In this document: piece after piece, positions 38,503 through 50,797 of the stretch
Layout: every line of letters starts with the position of its first letter
How positions within the stretch are numbered: the first letter of the stretch is position 1
Source: Camelus ferus
Taxonomy: Eukaryota
Length of the DNA: 64,000 nucleotides
Assembly (NCBI RefSeq): GCF_009834535.1
Contig: NC_045701.1
Location: 61,318,001 to 61,382,000 of the forward strand
Direction: 5' to 3'
Position numbers and translations under genes: made by a program
The notes under the pieces: generated by a model
Database searches by the model: none
What the model saw: only the letters and a program-made list of their open reading frames with translations
Told to the model about the DNA's origin: nothing

Positions 38503-40794
38503 GAATGTTCAATAATTTAAAGTTCCTACTTTTAATAGTTGATGTTTTGTCCATGAGAAGATAGGATTCTAAGAAGTACACTGGTCAGAATCATTAAAAG
38601 CAGAAGATAACTGTGATAATGGCCTATATGATTCACAGTCTCCTAGTACAGCAGGAAACCTTTACCCTGATACAGATAAGAATGAATTTTTACTGGACTT
38701 TATTACAATGATATTTCTTAAAGTACCTAAAGATGTAAGACATTCACAGTTACATAATCTTGGGTAAAAGCTAAATCAGTCAAGATGTATTTATCAGGGA
38801 GAAAATGTATTACGTATTTAATGTTTAAGCATCATTTTTCAATCCTGCAAATAAACAGATCTTGTTTTTGCAGCTGTTCTGAAGGGATTATATTTTCTTT
38901 GAAGTTAACCTTTTAAGGCAATCAAACACTAATGGCAAGATAATGAAGAATTTCAATTAAAAGACTACTCTAACTTCTGCACCTGGTAGGAAAACAGAAG
39001 CGAGGCTTTTATGAATGCATTTACAATCCAATTAATTTTCTTAAGCTTTCTCCTATTTTTTTTTTAATTTCAACTATCTATGAAATAGGAGCTAATTGTT
39101 CAAGAGAAAGATATATATCACAAATTCAATCCTTTGGCTGGATTTCACTGAGCCAGTTACCAAAAGGCGAATTTCCGCCTTCTACAGTTTCTTCAAGCAC
39201 TGCCAACTACTGCGGTAAAAAGAACTGATGGTTCTTTTGCTCTAAGTGGAGTTTTTTGTTGGTGGGGGAAGAATGGTGTTTGTTTTGGTTTGAGTTTTTT
39301 CTCCAAATAAATAAGCCCTAGTAAAGTGAATCCAAATGCTTTTAAGCTCAGATCCACCCAAGACTTAGGGAAGTCTCAACTATTTAATACTTTGCTTTCT
39401 TCAGGTCAAAAAGAAAATCTCCCCTATTTTACCTTAACTAGAGAAAATAGGAAAAGGTGAATATTTATTAAGCCTTTGCTATGATGAAGCACAGTGCAAG
39501 ATTTGCTACATTTATGGGTTTGGGGACTCTTTCCAGCAACCCTGCAAGTTAGTTACTATAATCCTGTAGAGCCCGAGGCTATCACCGAGAGTAAGTAATG
39601 GCAACAGCCAGGACAGGAGACTGTGTCATCAAGACAGAAACACCTTTGCTCTGTTGAAAGCACTGTTCTCTGAGGCTTGGAAATGTCCCAAAGAGTCCCA
39701 GAAAAATGACCGGTTACCCTGACTGTGGTTCCTCTGGTAGAAAGAGAGACTGCCTCAGGATGAGAAAGGAGAAACATCACGCCTCTCACTCCTCACTCTC
39801 AGAGGAGAGCTTTCGTTTCTGGGCCCAGTAACAAGGCAACTCTTCTTTTAACCTCAAATTCCTTCCTTGGTCTGTTATATTTATATACACGGGGTGCACA
39901 CAATGTCACTTATGGACAAATTTCATGCCCTGAGATGAGTCAGTACAGCGAACGGGCATGAATTCACTTCCTCTGCACACAGCACTTACAGGGGGTACAA
40001 AAGAAGTACACGGCAAAATTCTTACCCCAGGGATTAGAAATCTGGTCAGGAAGTAAGGCTCATGTCACACTGAGTGGGAAGCTAAAAGTGTCCCTAAGAT
40101 TTCTAGACTAAAAGATTCAAATATTAAAGACACTTTTGACAGAAGGGGAAATACCAAAGGAAGTAAGTTTGTTTGAAGCTAAAACCAATGACAAATTTAA
40201 TTCTCTGGCCACCCTGAGTTTTAGATAACTGTGAGAAGTACAGGAGAAATTCTGTAAGTCCCTGGAAACACAGGACTGGAGCACAGAGAGGATAAAGTTT
40301 AAATTATGACAGAGGACAAGCTTGCTCAAAAAAGGAGGGTGAAGATATATAAGAAAGATAGTCGAAGGCTGCAAGGACTATTCATCCTTCAGGAGGATGG
40401 AGAGGAGGACAGAGGAGAGAAGGGGAGGGGACAGGAGAGAAAGGGAAAGGAAAAGGAATAGAAAGGGAATAGAAAAAGAAAGAAAACAGGCAGGAGAAAG
40501 TGCAAAGTCATGAAAGCCAAAACATGAACTTGTGTGGGGAGGAGAAGGAGCACAGTCTTAAATCCTGCAAAGCTGGAAAAATACAGACAAATAAAAGGTT
40601 TCTGGATTCACAGGAATGCTCATCTGTAACCTTCTAGGAAGTTTCAACATTACGTTTGACACAGGAAAGCGCTGAAAAGAGGTGCAAAAGGAAATGGTGG
40701 CCAAGAATTAAAGGCTTCAACTACAGATGGTGCACTCAAAGATTTAAATATCTAAATAATAATAATAACTAACCACATGAACTAACCACAATGG

Positions 40795-41085
40795 TATTGT
40801 TATGTGCCAGACACTTTGCATGTGTTATCTCATTTAATCCTTACTCTGGCACCATAAGCTAGGTACTACTATTACTTGCACTTTACAGGGGAGAAAATTA
40901 GGTACAGATAAGCATCAGAGCCAAGACTCTAATGAAAGCCTTCAGAACCTATGTGCACATTGCCCCTCATAGAAAAAAAGGAGAAACATTATTTTCATCA
41001 TTGTGTTCACTGTGCATCCCCAGTGCTTAGATCAGTGCTAGCACGTAGTGGGCACTCAACAAATTTTTGTCAGCAATAATGAATA
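40795..41085. mobile_element. MIR fragment (minus, ~40795-40925) and L2 3' end (plus, ~40995-41085)
   Basis: TGTGCCAGACACTTTGCATGTGTTATCTCATTTAATCCT; GTTCACTGTGCATCCCCAGTGCTTAG...GTAGTGGGCACTCAACAAAT. Confidence 0.8.
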
Positions 41086-42504
41086 ATTAACTAGAAAGAA
41101 TATGAGAGTGAAGTAAAAGGATGAGAGTTGTTTTTAGGGGAGTTTATTCTGGGACTATTTAACCCTCAATGAAAAATTCCCCTATGAAAATAAACTAATT
41201 GTACTTCAATTTGTCCCAAGTCAAAACTATGCCAGCAGACAGAAAAGGCTTACAGAAAAGTCCAGGATAAAGATGAACTTTTGCCCTCAGTCTAAGTGAG
41301 CTGTTTGATTTTCAGTTAAATTTGGTGATCTGAGGCCAGCCCTGCAGACTCTAAAAAGCCAAAATCTATTGGCCCTCTTCCTCTGGATACCGCACAGGAC
41401 TGCTTGTGCTCCTCAAGGCAAAACTCACCGAGAAGATGCATGAACTGGTTCAGATCGAATCTCAAGGATAAAACTTAACCATTCGTAACTCCTAACTGCA
41501 AAATGGTTTTTAAAAAATAATTTGATTAGGATCAATAAGTTTCTAAACAATTATTTCTTATATAAAATTATCCAGCTTTTAAGCCCTTGGAAACCAGAAC
41601 AAAAGTGACAGGAAACGTTTCAGCTGTACCTCAGCGGGAGTGACGAAAGTGAGGTCACTTCCATGTTCGCCTCTCAGGGTCCCCTGAGCAGCACTGGATT
41701 GGTCCTACACGATGCTGATTTCCATTTTCAGCTTTACACACTGGTTAACCAAATATTTTATATTATGCAATCACTGATACAAGCTTACTTAATAGATTTG
41801 ATCAGCACTGTTTTGGAAAGACTCAATTCTAGACTTGGTTAATTTAGGAGACAAAAATCAAAAAACATCTACTCAACGAGTACTTAGTGCTATGTGCTCT
41901 TCACAGTAGGGGATATTAAAATATGCATAAAGTATAAGCTGTATCTTCAAGAAGCTTAGTCCACATATCAACATTCCCATGATTTCCCAGTTATTAACTC
42001 ATTACCTCTAGATACTGCTGACTGAGCACCTCAGCTCAGATCTCAAATCATAAGTCTCATGAAATCAACAGGACTTGTACTTTGTACTTATGTTTCCCTG
42101 ATGGGACCAGACCCAAGAAAGAAAGAAAGAAATCCATTTCAATAAAATTGCAAATGGCTTTTCAACCACTCTTCCTTTCTAAATTATTTCACTTCTTGTT
42201 TAATTTTCCTATCTTTTCCCATGTGAAACTTAATATATCACAAAACTACTATCTAGAATGCACACAAATATTTCTCTTTGTTAGTGATGGTATCTACAAA
42301 CAACCAAATAATAAAATAATGTCTAAACTACACACTGATATATGTGACAATATTGTTATTACCCTCATTCAACCAAATGAGGGTAATTTTCAATCGAGAC
42401 CAAGACCAAGTCTTTTCAATCTTAAAACTTCTATATTATATACAATGAGAATATTTAAATTATTCTTTTTAGTCATTCTTCAATGATGAAAAGGAGTCAT
42501 ATCA

Positions 42505-42820
42505 ACAAATGAACTTACTTACAAAACAGAAACAGACTCATAGACATAGAAGAAAAACTTATGGTTACCAAGAGGGAAAAGGGGTGGGAAAGGATAAAAT
42601 GGGAGTTTGAGATTTGCAGATACTAAATTCTGCATATAAAACAGATATACATTTTAAACTGTATAGCACAGGAAACTATATTAAATATCTTGTAATAACC
42701 TATAATGAAAAAGAATATGAAAACAAATATATGTATGTGTATGTATGACTGCAACAGCATGCTGTACACCAGAAATTGACACATTGTAAACTGACTATAC
42801 TTCAATTAAAAAAAGAAAAA
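42505..42820 (+). mobile_element. Young camelid-type L1 3' end with TSD
   Basis: ACAAATGAACTTAC...ACAGAAACAGACTCATAGACATAG...CACCAGAAATTGACAC...ACTGACTATACTTCAATTAAAAAA. TSD GGAGTCATATCA at 42493 and 42826. Confidence 0.92.
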
Positions 42821-43156
42821 AGACAGGGAGTCATATCATACATTATTAAGCTAGGATATTCAGTGGAACATACTGAGGATCTNNNNNNNNNNNNNNNNNN
42901 NNNNNNNNNNNNNNNNNNNNNNNNNNNNNNNNNNNNNNNNNNNNNNNNNNNNNNNNNNNNNNNNNNNNNNNNNNNNNNNNNNNNNNNNNNNNNNNNNNNN
43001 NNNNNNNNNNNNNNNNNNNNNNNNNNNNNNNNNNNNNNNNNNNNNNNNNNNNNNNNNNNNNNNNNNNNNNNNNNNNNNNNNNTTCTTTAAATTCTAAAAT
43101 GGACATGTTTTATAAAATGTCCCTTTCTTAGAGCACATCAAGACTACTTTCTTTGT

Positions 43157-43305
43157 GGGGAGGGTACAACTCAGTGGCAGAGTGCATGCCTAGCATCCAT
43201 GAGGTCCTCAGTTTAATCCCCAGCACTGCCATTAAAAATAATAAATAAATAAACCTTATTAACTACCCCCCCCAAAAAAGTGAATGGCATTAAAAAAAAA
43301 AAAAA
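43157..43305 (+). mobile_element. Vic-1-type camelid SINE with perfect 16-bp TSD
   Basis: GGGGAGGGTACAACTCAGTGGCAGAGTGCATGCCTAGCATCC...AATCCCCAGCAC plus A-tail. TSD AAGACTACTTTCTTTG at 43140 and 43306. Confidence 0.94.
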
Positions 43306-44254
43306 AAGACTACTTTCTTTGACCTCAATTTCCACAATAATCACCACTGGTTTTGTGACTTGTTAGTTATTTTATCTGATTTCACAATGTATCTCTGTTA
43401 TTCATAAAAATGCTGTATGGTATATTTTAATTTTTCCCATTAAAACTAATTTTGTTTGAGACATTTCAGAGCCTCTCTCAAAAATATGATTTCTAACCCT
43501 ATCAAAAAGAAAAAAATCCCTAAAACCAAGATTCAGACTTGATGATCGGCAGAAGACAAAACCTCTTAAAGTAAAATATCTCTAATCGTATTTTTGAGAA
43601 TTTAATAAGTTTGGGGAAATTTGAAGAATATTTACTTTAGCTCTGTATTTTATTTTTAAAGTTTGGATAACATCAAAGTACTAGAATCACATAATACCCT
43701 AGGTAAGTAACTGTAAATCTGTAAACTATATTTTAATAAAATCAAAGCACTATCATGAATCTACTTCACCAGTTTAATCTAAATTATATCAAGACATCTG
43801 ATAAGGAAAAGATTTTGGAAATAAAAAATATATATTCATCCTTCCAGTTTGACTATTACTTACGTATCATTACTCTGCACAACTTTATATTTCACATATA
43901 TTATCACCATACTGAAAAAATGTATTACAATAAAATTAAGTTCATATGCTAAAGTAAATGCTCTACTAGTCTAAAATTTATTTAAATTTATTTCCTTACA
44001 TAAATGTTTTTTTGCTAATATAACTTTCATTTAGTCACAAAATACTAGTCACCATCAACTAGAACAAGATTGTAATAATTTAAAGAAATAAGTACCTTCT
44101 TCATCTCACTTGTCTATATGTCTTATGTTTTAGATATTTGCTGCCAAGAGTAACAACTGATTACACTGACTTCAACCCCCAATCAAACTTGAGGAAAAAG
44201 GACAGAGAGAAACAGAAACATATTAACAACTTGGTTCACCTGTGGCAGGACCTA

Positions 44255-44288
44255 TAGCGACCTCTTGTGGTGAATCCTAACTACAGCA
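44255..44288 (-). promoter_or_regulatory. Candidate CTCF site (core plus upstream module)
   Basis: Minus strand CTGTAGTTAG-GATTCA-CCACAAGAGGTCGCTA; core matches 13/15 of CCASYAGRKGGCRSY. Confidence 0.4.
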
Positions 44289-47200
44289 CTCTGGAGAACA
44301 GTACCAGCTTTTCCTAGGCTAGACACTGGAGAATGTGGAAGCATTGTTCCTCCATGCTAGCAAACAGCTGCTATTAACAATGAAAGCAAAAGATAAATAT
44401 TGACTAAATTAAAGGATTTCTTTATAGAAATCTACTCAGTCACTGTCAATTAGAACAATCATAGCTACTCCCTTTTATTAAAAAATAGAGTTTTACAAGG
44501 TTCTTTTAGTAGGGCAGTTAACAGAGGGCCAGGCACATGGATTTCTTATACACTCTACTTCTGGACTTAAGCAAAAGATAGGCACCAGAGCAATTTCTAG
44601 TGAACACAAGAGTGTCCTGGGATAAGCAACTGTCTAGCAAACAAAGTACTGCTTTCATTATTTAAGGCAGTGTGGACTCTAAAGCAAGGGACAATATTCT
44701 GGCTTACTTTTACATGTAATTTAGGAAGTGGTCAGTATAATTTCAATGTCTATGCTATTTTAAAAGAAAAAATGATACATTATAAGACCTAGGTAAACCA
44801 AAGCTTCAAAAACACTAACTGGTTTTATCAACCTTTCCTGAATAGCAGTTAAGATCCTTCAAGAAAAAAATATCAAGAACTCTATGCCAAAAAAAAAAAA
44901 AAAAAACCATTTGTTTTTCACCATTGCTTTTAAATTGGATGCTTATGAGTTATTATTCCTTTTTGTTTTGTTTTTAAATCACTAGTTCTCTATTTCCTCT
45001 CCCATAGGTTCTCATTTAAGATCTCAGTTTTGACAAATATTAATCACAGCATAAAAATGATTTTGAATTTTCCTATCAGGAAGACAGAACCAAGCAGAGA
45101 AAGTGCTTGTGCAACCAGGTATTTCAAGCAAAATGGAAAACAGTATATTGAGCTTCTCTGGAAGGTTAAGCAATTCATAAAATACTGCCTTTTCTGTTTT
45201 CTTCTTTCCTGGACCCCTTTTTCCTCAAAGAGAAAAACATTTCTAGCTTTTCCTAATGTCTAAAATATTAAAGCACAAAAATAAATTTAAAATAAAATAT
45301 TAAAGACTAAATAAATGTTAAAAACTATTAACAACAGTTAAATTCTAATTTAAAAGACATTATTTTTATAGTTATAAATTTTCAAAATAGCAACCTAGTT
45401 TACTGTCACCCAAACTAATCATTTCTGCCTATTTGTTAAGGATTCAGAAACAACATACACATAAAACGTACTGCCCAAAGACATAATAATTGAAGTCCTG
45501 AGAAATGTTTTGCTTTTAGGAATATAAAATTCCTCCTGAAAGTCTTAAGAAACTGTTGCTTGCTTTCAGGTACTTACCCCCTACCCGCAAGTGTAGGTAC
45601 ACTCCCTACAGCCCAAAATATACTGATGAAGAGTTTACATAAATGTTAAAATTTAAATGAGGGAAGATAGCCTAATAATGTTCCAGACACAGATTCCGGT
45701 CAGTAAGCACTTTGGACAGGGGCCTTCTATGAAGACATTGCACGCATGTAATGAACTCACCATAGTTCCCAAACTTTCCCTTCCTAGCAAACTATTTTGA
45801 TCCTACTAGCCAAAAATAGATCTAACTCTTGCTTTTGCATTTATGCTTTTGACCTTTACAACTTCTTGAAATAACAATGTACACTCTATATTTACTAGAA
45901 TCACATGTTAAGATTGACTATAATTCCTTTTATTTGTCTAAAAATTATCTTATCTTGTCTTTTATCTTGAAACTAAAAAGAGGAATCCCCTAATTCTACA
46001 ATTTTGGGATTTGGCTATAAAGTATGTTTATATCCATCCTACTCAATGGCCCTCATTATTCTATTTTATAGACTGTGAATCACCAGTAACAATTTGAAAT
46101 GCTTTCCCATAACAGACTGAGTCAACTAAATAAGGAAAATAAAAATCCAATCTCAAGAGGTGTAAAATAACAGTAAATAGACTACAGTGCTACCCTAGGG
46201 CAAAGAATACAGCACTGTTATTCTGGGAAACTGCAGCTGAGGAGTTTGGAACTTTATTAGGAAATCCTCAAGTTTAAAAGCCATATCCAAATACACCACA
46301 CTTCTTGCTGTTTTGTTCTGCATCAAGAAGTTGTCTGATGGATTTCTAATTGGTTGAGACGTCTGCTCATTAGTGATATCCGGGGACAAGGAAATGCCTG
46401 ATGTTTTCTCTTGGTGTCCACTGCCTTTCATACCTAAGAGTGCTGCTTTCTCTTCTTTCTTTTCCACTAAAGCTCTGCCAGTACTTCACTTTCAATGTCG
46501 TTAAGTTAGTGAATAATGAAACCTTCACTGTGACAGACTCCATCCGCCTATGAGAATCCCAAAGGGAATTTTCTCTGTTCACCTCAATTAGAAAAATTTA
46601 TTCTGAGAAATTGTTTATTTCTCTGCCAAATCACATAGAAATGATAACAACTGTGGGATACTCCCACATAAACGTGTACAGAAATTTAATACTGTAATTC
46701 TCAATTTCTGAGGTTCTTCCTGTGCAAGTGGCACTGAGACTTTCCAGTATTGATTACATACACATGTACATATACTTACCTCAACTATCTAACACATCTC
46801 AAAGCTTAGAGGTTTTGAGTAGTGGTATGAAAAGTCAGCCATAAACAATTAGAGGTGATATTTAAAATGCCAGAATAGATAAATTTTCATTTGTACTTGG
46901 TGTCATCCATGGAAAGAAACATTAAACCAATGAAGTAATTACGACCATAAAGTGTAAAAAAGATAAAGCATTCATTAATTTGGATGGTAGATGTAAATGG
47001 GAAGTAATAAAAGCAGACGTTTCTAAGTCACATTAGGTAAGTCTTAATTTCATGGTATATCAGAAATAAAAGATATTCTAAAAACTTGGCTCCTAGTTCC
47101 AGTCTGTATAAGTAAAGTTTCAACCAAAGATGCTACATTAATAAACTTCAACCAAGGAATTCTCATCTCCTTTGTGATTACCATGCAGAGCAACAGAGAG

Positions 47201-47849
47201 CCTACGATTTTATTTTTTAAGGCCCTCTCTGAAAAGTCTTCTCACAGAACAAACTGCACGAAGTTGAAATAACCCAAGAGGATGAGAAAGCTGAAATAAA
47301 AGTGATTTATCTTAAATTGCTAATTCCAATAACCTTCACATTTCCTAAACTGGTTGTTTTAATAATAATTTCCCATTCTACTTAAGGATTTTGTATAATT
47401 TTAGTACAATAAGTAATAATAGTAACAAATAAATTGCCTACCTTTATGAATTTATATTTCTATTACATAAAAAATCAAAAACATACTTGGTATGACACTA
47501 GAATGGCTATAAATATTATAGTTATTAAAAAAAAAAAACCAAGACCAGGCCTATTAGCTATTTTTTCAACTCAAAAAGTCTGTTCAAGACTTATATAGTA
47601 TCAGGCATTGATCAAATTGGAAGAAATAAAGTCACAAGCCTCAAATTAAAACCAAATAACATGTCCAAGATTGATGGGGCAATTGATGGGAAAAATACCC
47701 TGGGACATTGAAAACATATAGTCCCCAAATCAGGGGAAATGTTTGCAAGCCTAGTTTTAGAAGAGATCATAACCTAAGAATTAATATAACCTAATCTACC
47801 AAATCAGGAAAAGCATAATTGTATTTAATCATGTATTATTATTTGAGTG

Positions 47850-47990
47850 TCCTCTGTCTTGCCCACTAAGCAGGGAGCTTCTTGAGAGCAGAAGTGTTTT
47901 AATCATTTTTTTATCCAAAAGACCCCACGGAGTGTCTGTAGTACAGGGTACCCAAATAAATATTGTTTCAATGAATGAATGAGTGAACAA
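47850..47990 (+). mobile_element. L2 3' end fragment
   Basis: GGAGCTTCTTGAGAGCAG...CAAATAAATATTGTTTCAATGAATGAATGAGTGAA. Confidence 0.7.
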
Positions 47991-49049
47991 ACAATGATTA
48001 TGAAATTGCATGGAGCATTTCCATTGCTTTGGTCCAAACTCTACTATAATCAATATGCAGAAATGTCTTTCTTATAATTCTCCAAGCAAGGGATTTCAAA
48101 ATAAAATAATATGCCTCTGAAGGAAAAAAAAAATTTAAAGGATACTTCACATATCTTGCTATTAAAATTGAAAATTATATAAAAGAATTAAAAACAAGTA
48201 TAAGATGTAGATTTCATTAAAATGAAGTTTGTAAGGTCCTAAAGTGTGAACTATATAATCATACCCATTCAGAGTATCTTGGAGGAAATGAATGCTTAAG
48301 TGGATGGCATTTTAAAGACACTTTAAGGCAAGAAAACCTTAATATCAGTAACATGGCAGAATGGCATTTTTAAAAATTCTTTGTCCAGTTATTTCAAAAG
48401 CACAGTAACTACTACTTCCCTTCTACGTTTCTCCTGTTTTTTTAAGTCAAACCAAATATATCACATAAATCAATATAGACCAATGCACAATGAAAAAAAG
48501 AAACTTCAACCCAAATCTGACCATAATAATACAAATTTGACCACAATAAATGCCTTCCCATTTTTCAAGAACTGACTCTCCTTATTAGGTTCAACTCCAA
48601 ATACTCTCTCTAACACAAGGCTCCTTTCAGCGGTGCCCATTGGGCCTGAAAGCTATTCCAGGGACTTAAATCTTATTAAGTAGCCACTTTCACAGCCATT
48701 CCCAACTTGAGGGAAACACTTCCACTGAGATTAACTCTAAGAATTTGATCAGTTTCTGCAGCTTACTTGGAAGAAAACGTGGGGGAAAGATGAACAAGAA
48801 GATATTCCTCAACAAAGCGAAACTCAACTCTGTTCTCCAGATGTACCTACACCCTACCCGCTGCTCCTCCTTGGCTTCCTCCTGTTCCGAGCTCTGGACA
48901 GGTGGGAGGAGGTTGGGAGTGCCGTGGGGAGGGGATGCAACTAACTTTCCTTCGCCACCCCATTCCCACCCCCACCCAAAATTAGGTCCAGCTGGAAACT
49001 GAAGCCACCAGGTAGGGCTGTCTGCATCTCCCTTCCCCCTTGGGAGAAG

Positions 49050-50600
49050 GATAGGATGGGGAGGATGGGGGGCGCGCGTGGGCAGGATGGAGGTGAGGGG
49101 GGATGTTCTGACTNNNNNNNNNNNNNNNNNNNNNNNNNNNNNNNNNNNNNNNNNNNNNNNNNNNNNNNNNNNNNNNNNNNNNNNNNNNNNNNNNNNNNNN
49201 NNNNNNNNNNNNNNNNNNNNNNNNNNNNNNNNNNNNNNNNNNNNNNNNNNNNNNNNNNNNNNNNNNNNNNNNNNNNNNNNNNNNNNNNNNNNNNNNNNNN
49301 NNNNNNNNNNNNNNNNNNNNNNNNNNNNNNNNNNNNNNNNNNNNNNNNNNNNNNNNNNNNNNNNNNNNNNNNNNNNNNNNNNNNNNNNNNNNNNNNNNNN
49401 NNNNNNNNNNNNNNNNNNNNNNNNNNNNNNNNNNNNNNNNNNNNNNNNNNNNNNNNNNNNNNNNNNNNNNNNNNNNNNNNNNNNNNNNNNNNNNNNNNNN
49501 NNNNNNNNNNNNNNNNNNNNNNNNNNNNNNNNNNNNNNNNNCTGCTGCCGCGGCGGCAGTCGCCTAGGCGCGAGATCAGCATTTCCCCCTCCTGCCCCGA
49601 GCCCCGGGGCCGGGGGAGCAGGAAAAGCCCACTCAAACCCCTATCTCCCGAACCCTTTACTGCGCCTTCCTCTCCCCCTGACCTAGCCCACCCCTCTGGC
49701 GCAGCTGGATCAGGGCTGCCCGGCTGAACCTAACTTCTGCCGGCTGTGCGCCTGCTGGCCGCTCCTCTCTCCCTGGAGACCGAGGCAAACGCTCGCTGTC
49801 CAGTGGGGCCGTGGAGTGGGAGAAGTGGAAGAAGCAGGCTGGATGCCAAAGAGGGCAATGGGAAGTCGGAAGGGTCACATCTCAGTTTCTCCTGCCAAGG
49901 TCCCGAGTCCTAGGTGCTTCTGGGGACGCGGCTGCCGGGGCGGAGGTGTTGATCAGCTCCCGCTCCAGCCCAGGCTGAGGGTGGAGCAGGGACTCACTGC
50001 GCGGTGCACCGGGACGCAGAGCAGCCACCTGACGCTGCTACCGCCCCCCTCCGGGTTTCAGCGCCCGAAGCTCAACAGAGGAGCGTTTAGCACCCGCCCT
50101 AGCCCACGCCTAGGAGCCTAAGCCAGATGAGGTCCGAGCGCAGAGCAGGCGCGGAAACTGCCCCTGCGCCCCAGGCTGGGACTGATGCGCGGGGAGTGTG
50201 GCAGTACCAACACACAGGAGCTTCCAAAGGCTGCGGAGCGCAGAGGCGAGCCGCGATGCCGGCCACCGCTAAGTTGCAGAAAAGGTTGCATTTAGTGCAA
50301 GGAGTAGGGGAAGAGGGTGAACAATTCACACCGGAGAGAGGGAGAGTGCAGCGGACAGCGTTTGCAGTGGAAACACAGTGAAGGCGGTGGGAACGAAGCT
50401 GCGCAGGACCGTGGAGTGCGGTCAGGAATCGTCTCTAACAAGGCTCAAAACCGGCAATAGGAGTGGAACCGTTAGAAACAGAGTCCAAAAGCCAGAATCT
50501 ACGACGGAAAAATGAAAATGGCTTAAGTGCGAAGGGAGCGGGGAGAGATTGAAAGAAATGGGGGAGCTCAAGCCGTGGCACTGGCACCTTCTTTTATCTA
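49050..50600 (-). promoter_or_regulatory. KCNH5: CpG island / KCNH5 promoter and 5' region
   Basis: Abrupt switch to GC- and CpG-rich sequence (GCGCGCG, CTGCTGCCGCGGCGGCAGTCGCC, many CGCG) against a CpG-depleted background, ~27 kb upstream of exon 2. Confidence 0.9.
49114..49541 (-). other. KCNH5: Assembly gap (428 N) inferred to hide KCNH5 exon 1 coding sequence (expected ~[24 protein letters not shown])
   Basis: Exon 2 starts in phase 1 and needs an upstream coding exon. I found no such peptide in the readable sequence. The gap lies in the CpG island with 5'UTR-like GC-rich sequence on its upstream side. Inferred, not observed. Confidence 0.8.
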
Positions 50601-50602
50601 AG

Positions 50603-50797
50603 GTAGTAGTTCTCAGAGTGGTCCAGGACTGGTTCTCAAAGTGGTCCCGCATCTCCTAAGAACTTGTTAGACATGCAAATTATCAGGCTCTACCCCAGAG
50701 CTAGGAAACAGGAATTCTAGGGCCGTGGGCCAACAATCTGTTTTAACAAGCTCTCCAGGGAAATATGATGCTCGCTTATTTAAGGAACATTGATCTA
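50603..50797. mobile_element. MER5A MITE at the distal edge of the CpG island
   Basis: GTAGTTCTCAGAGTGGTCC...GAACTTGTTAGACATGCAAATTATCAGGC...CTGTTTTAACAAGCTCTCCAGG; 16-nt terminal duplication at 50609 and 50632. Confidence 0.88.

Noticed and set aside
39164-39181. Small hairpin AAGGCG-AATTTC-CGCCTT
   Set aside because: A 6-bp stem is expected by chance and is too short for a pre-miRNA.
46195-46467. 90-aa ORF sense to KCNH5 in intron 1 (possible poison or alternative exon)
   Set aside because: No convincing polypyrimidine acceptor or donor at its ends and no recognisable homology.
49004-49020. CTCF-like GCCACCAGGTAGGGC (also CTACCAGGTGGTTG at ~33810)
   Set aside because: Two mismatches at near-invariant core positions and no upstream module.
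48941-49727. 200-230-aa ORFs (also those at 33288, 42776 and 63627)
   Set aside because: Artefacts of N-runs translated as X.
50340-50421. Possible REST/RE1 sites in the promoter (GCGGACAGCG; GGACCGTGGAG)
   Set aside because: Only half-site or core matches; the 21-bp consensus fits poorly.
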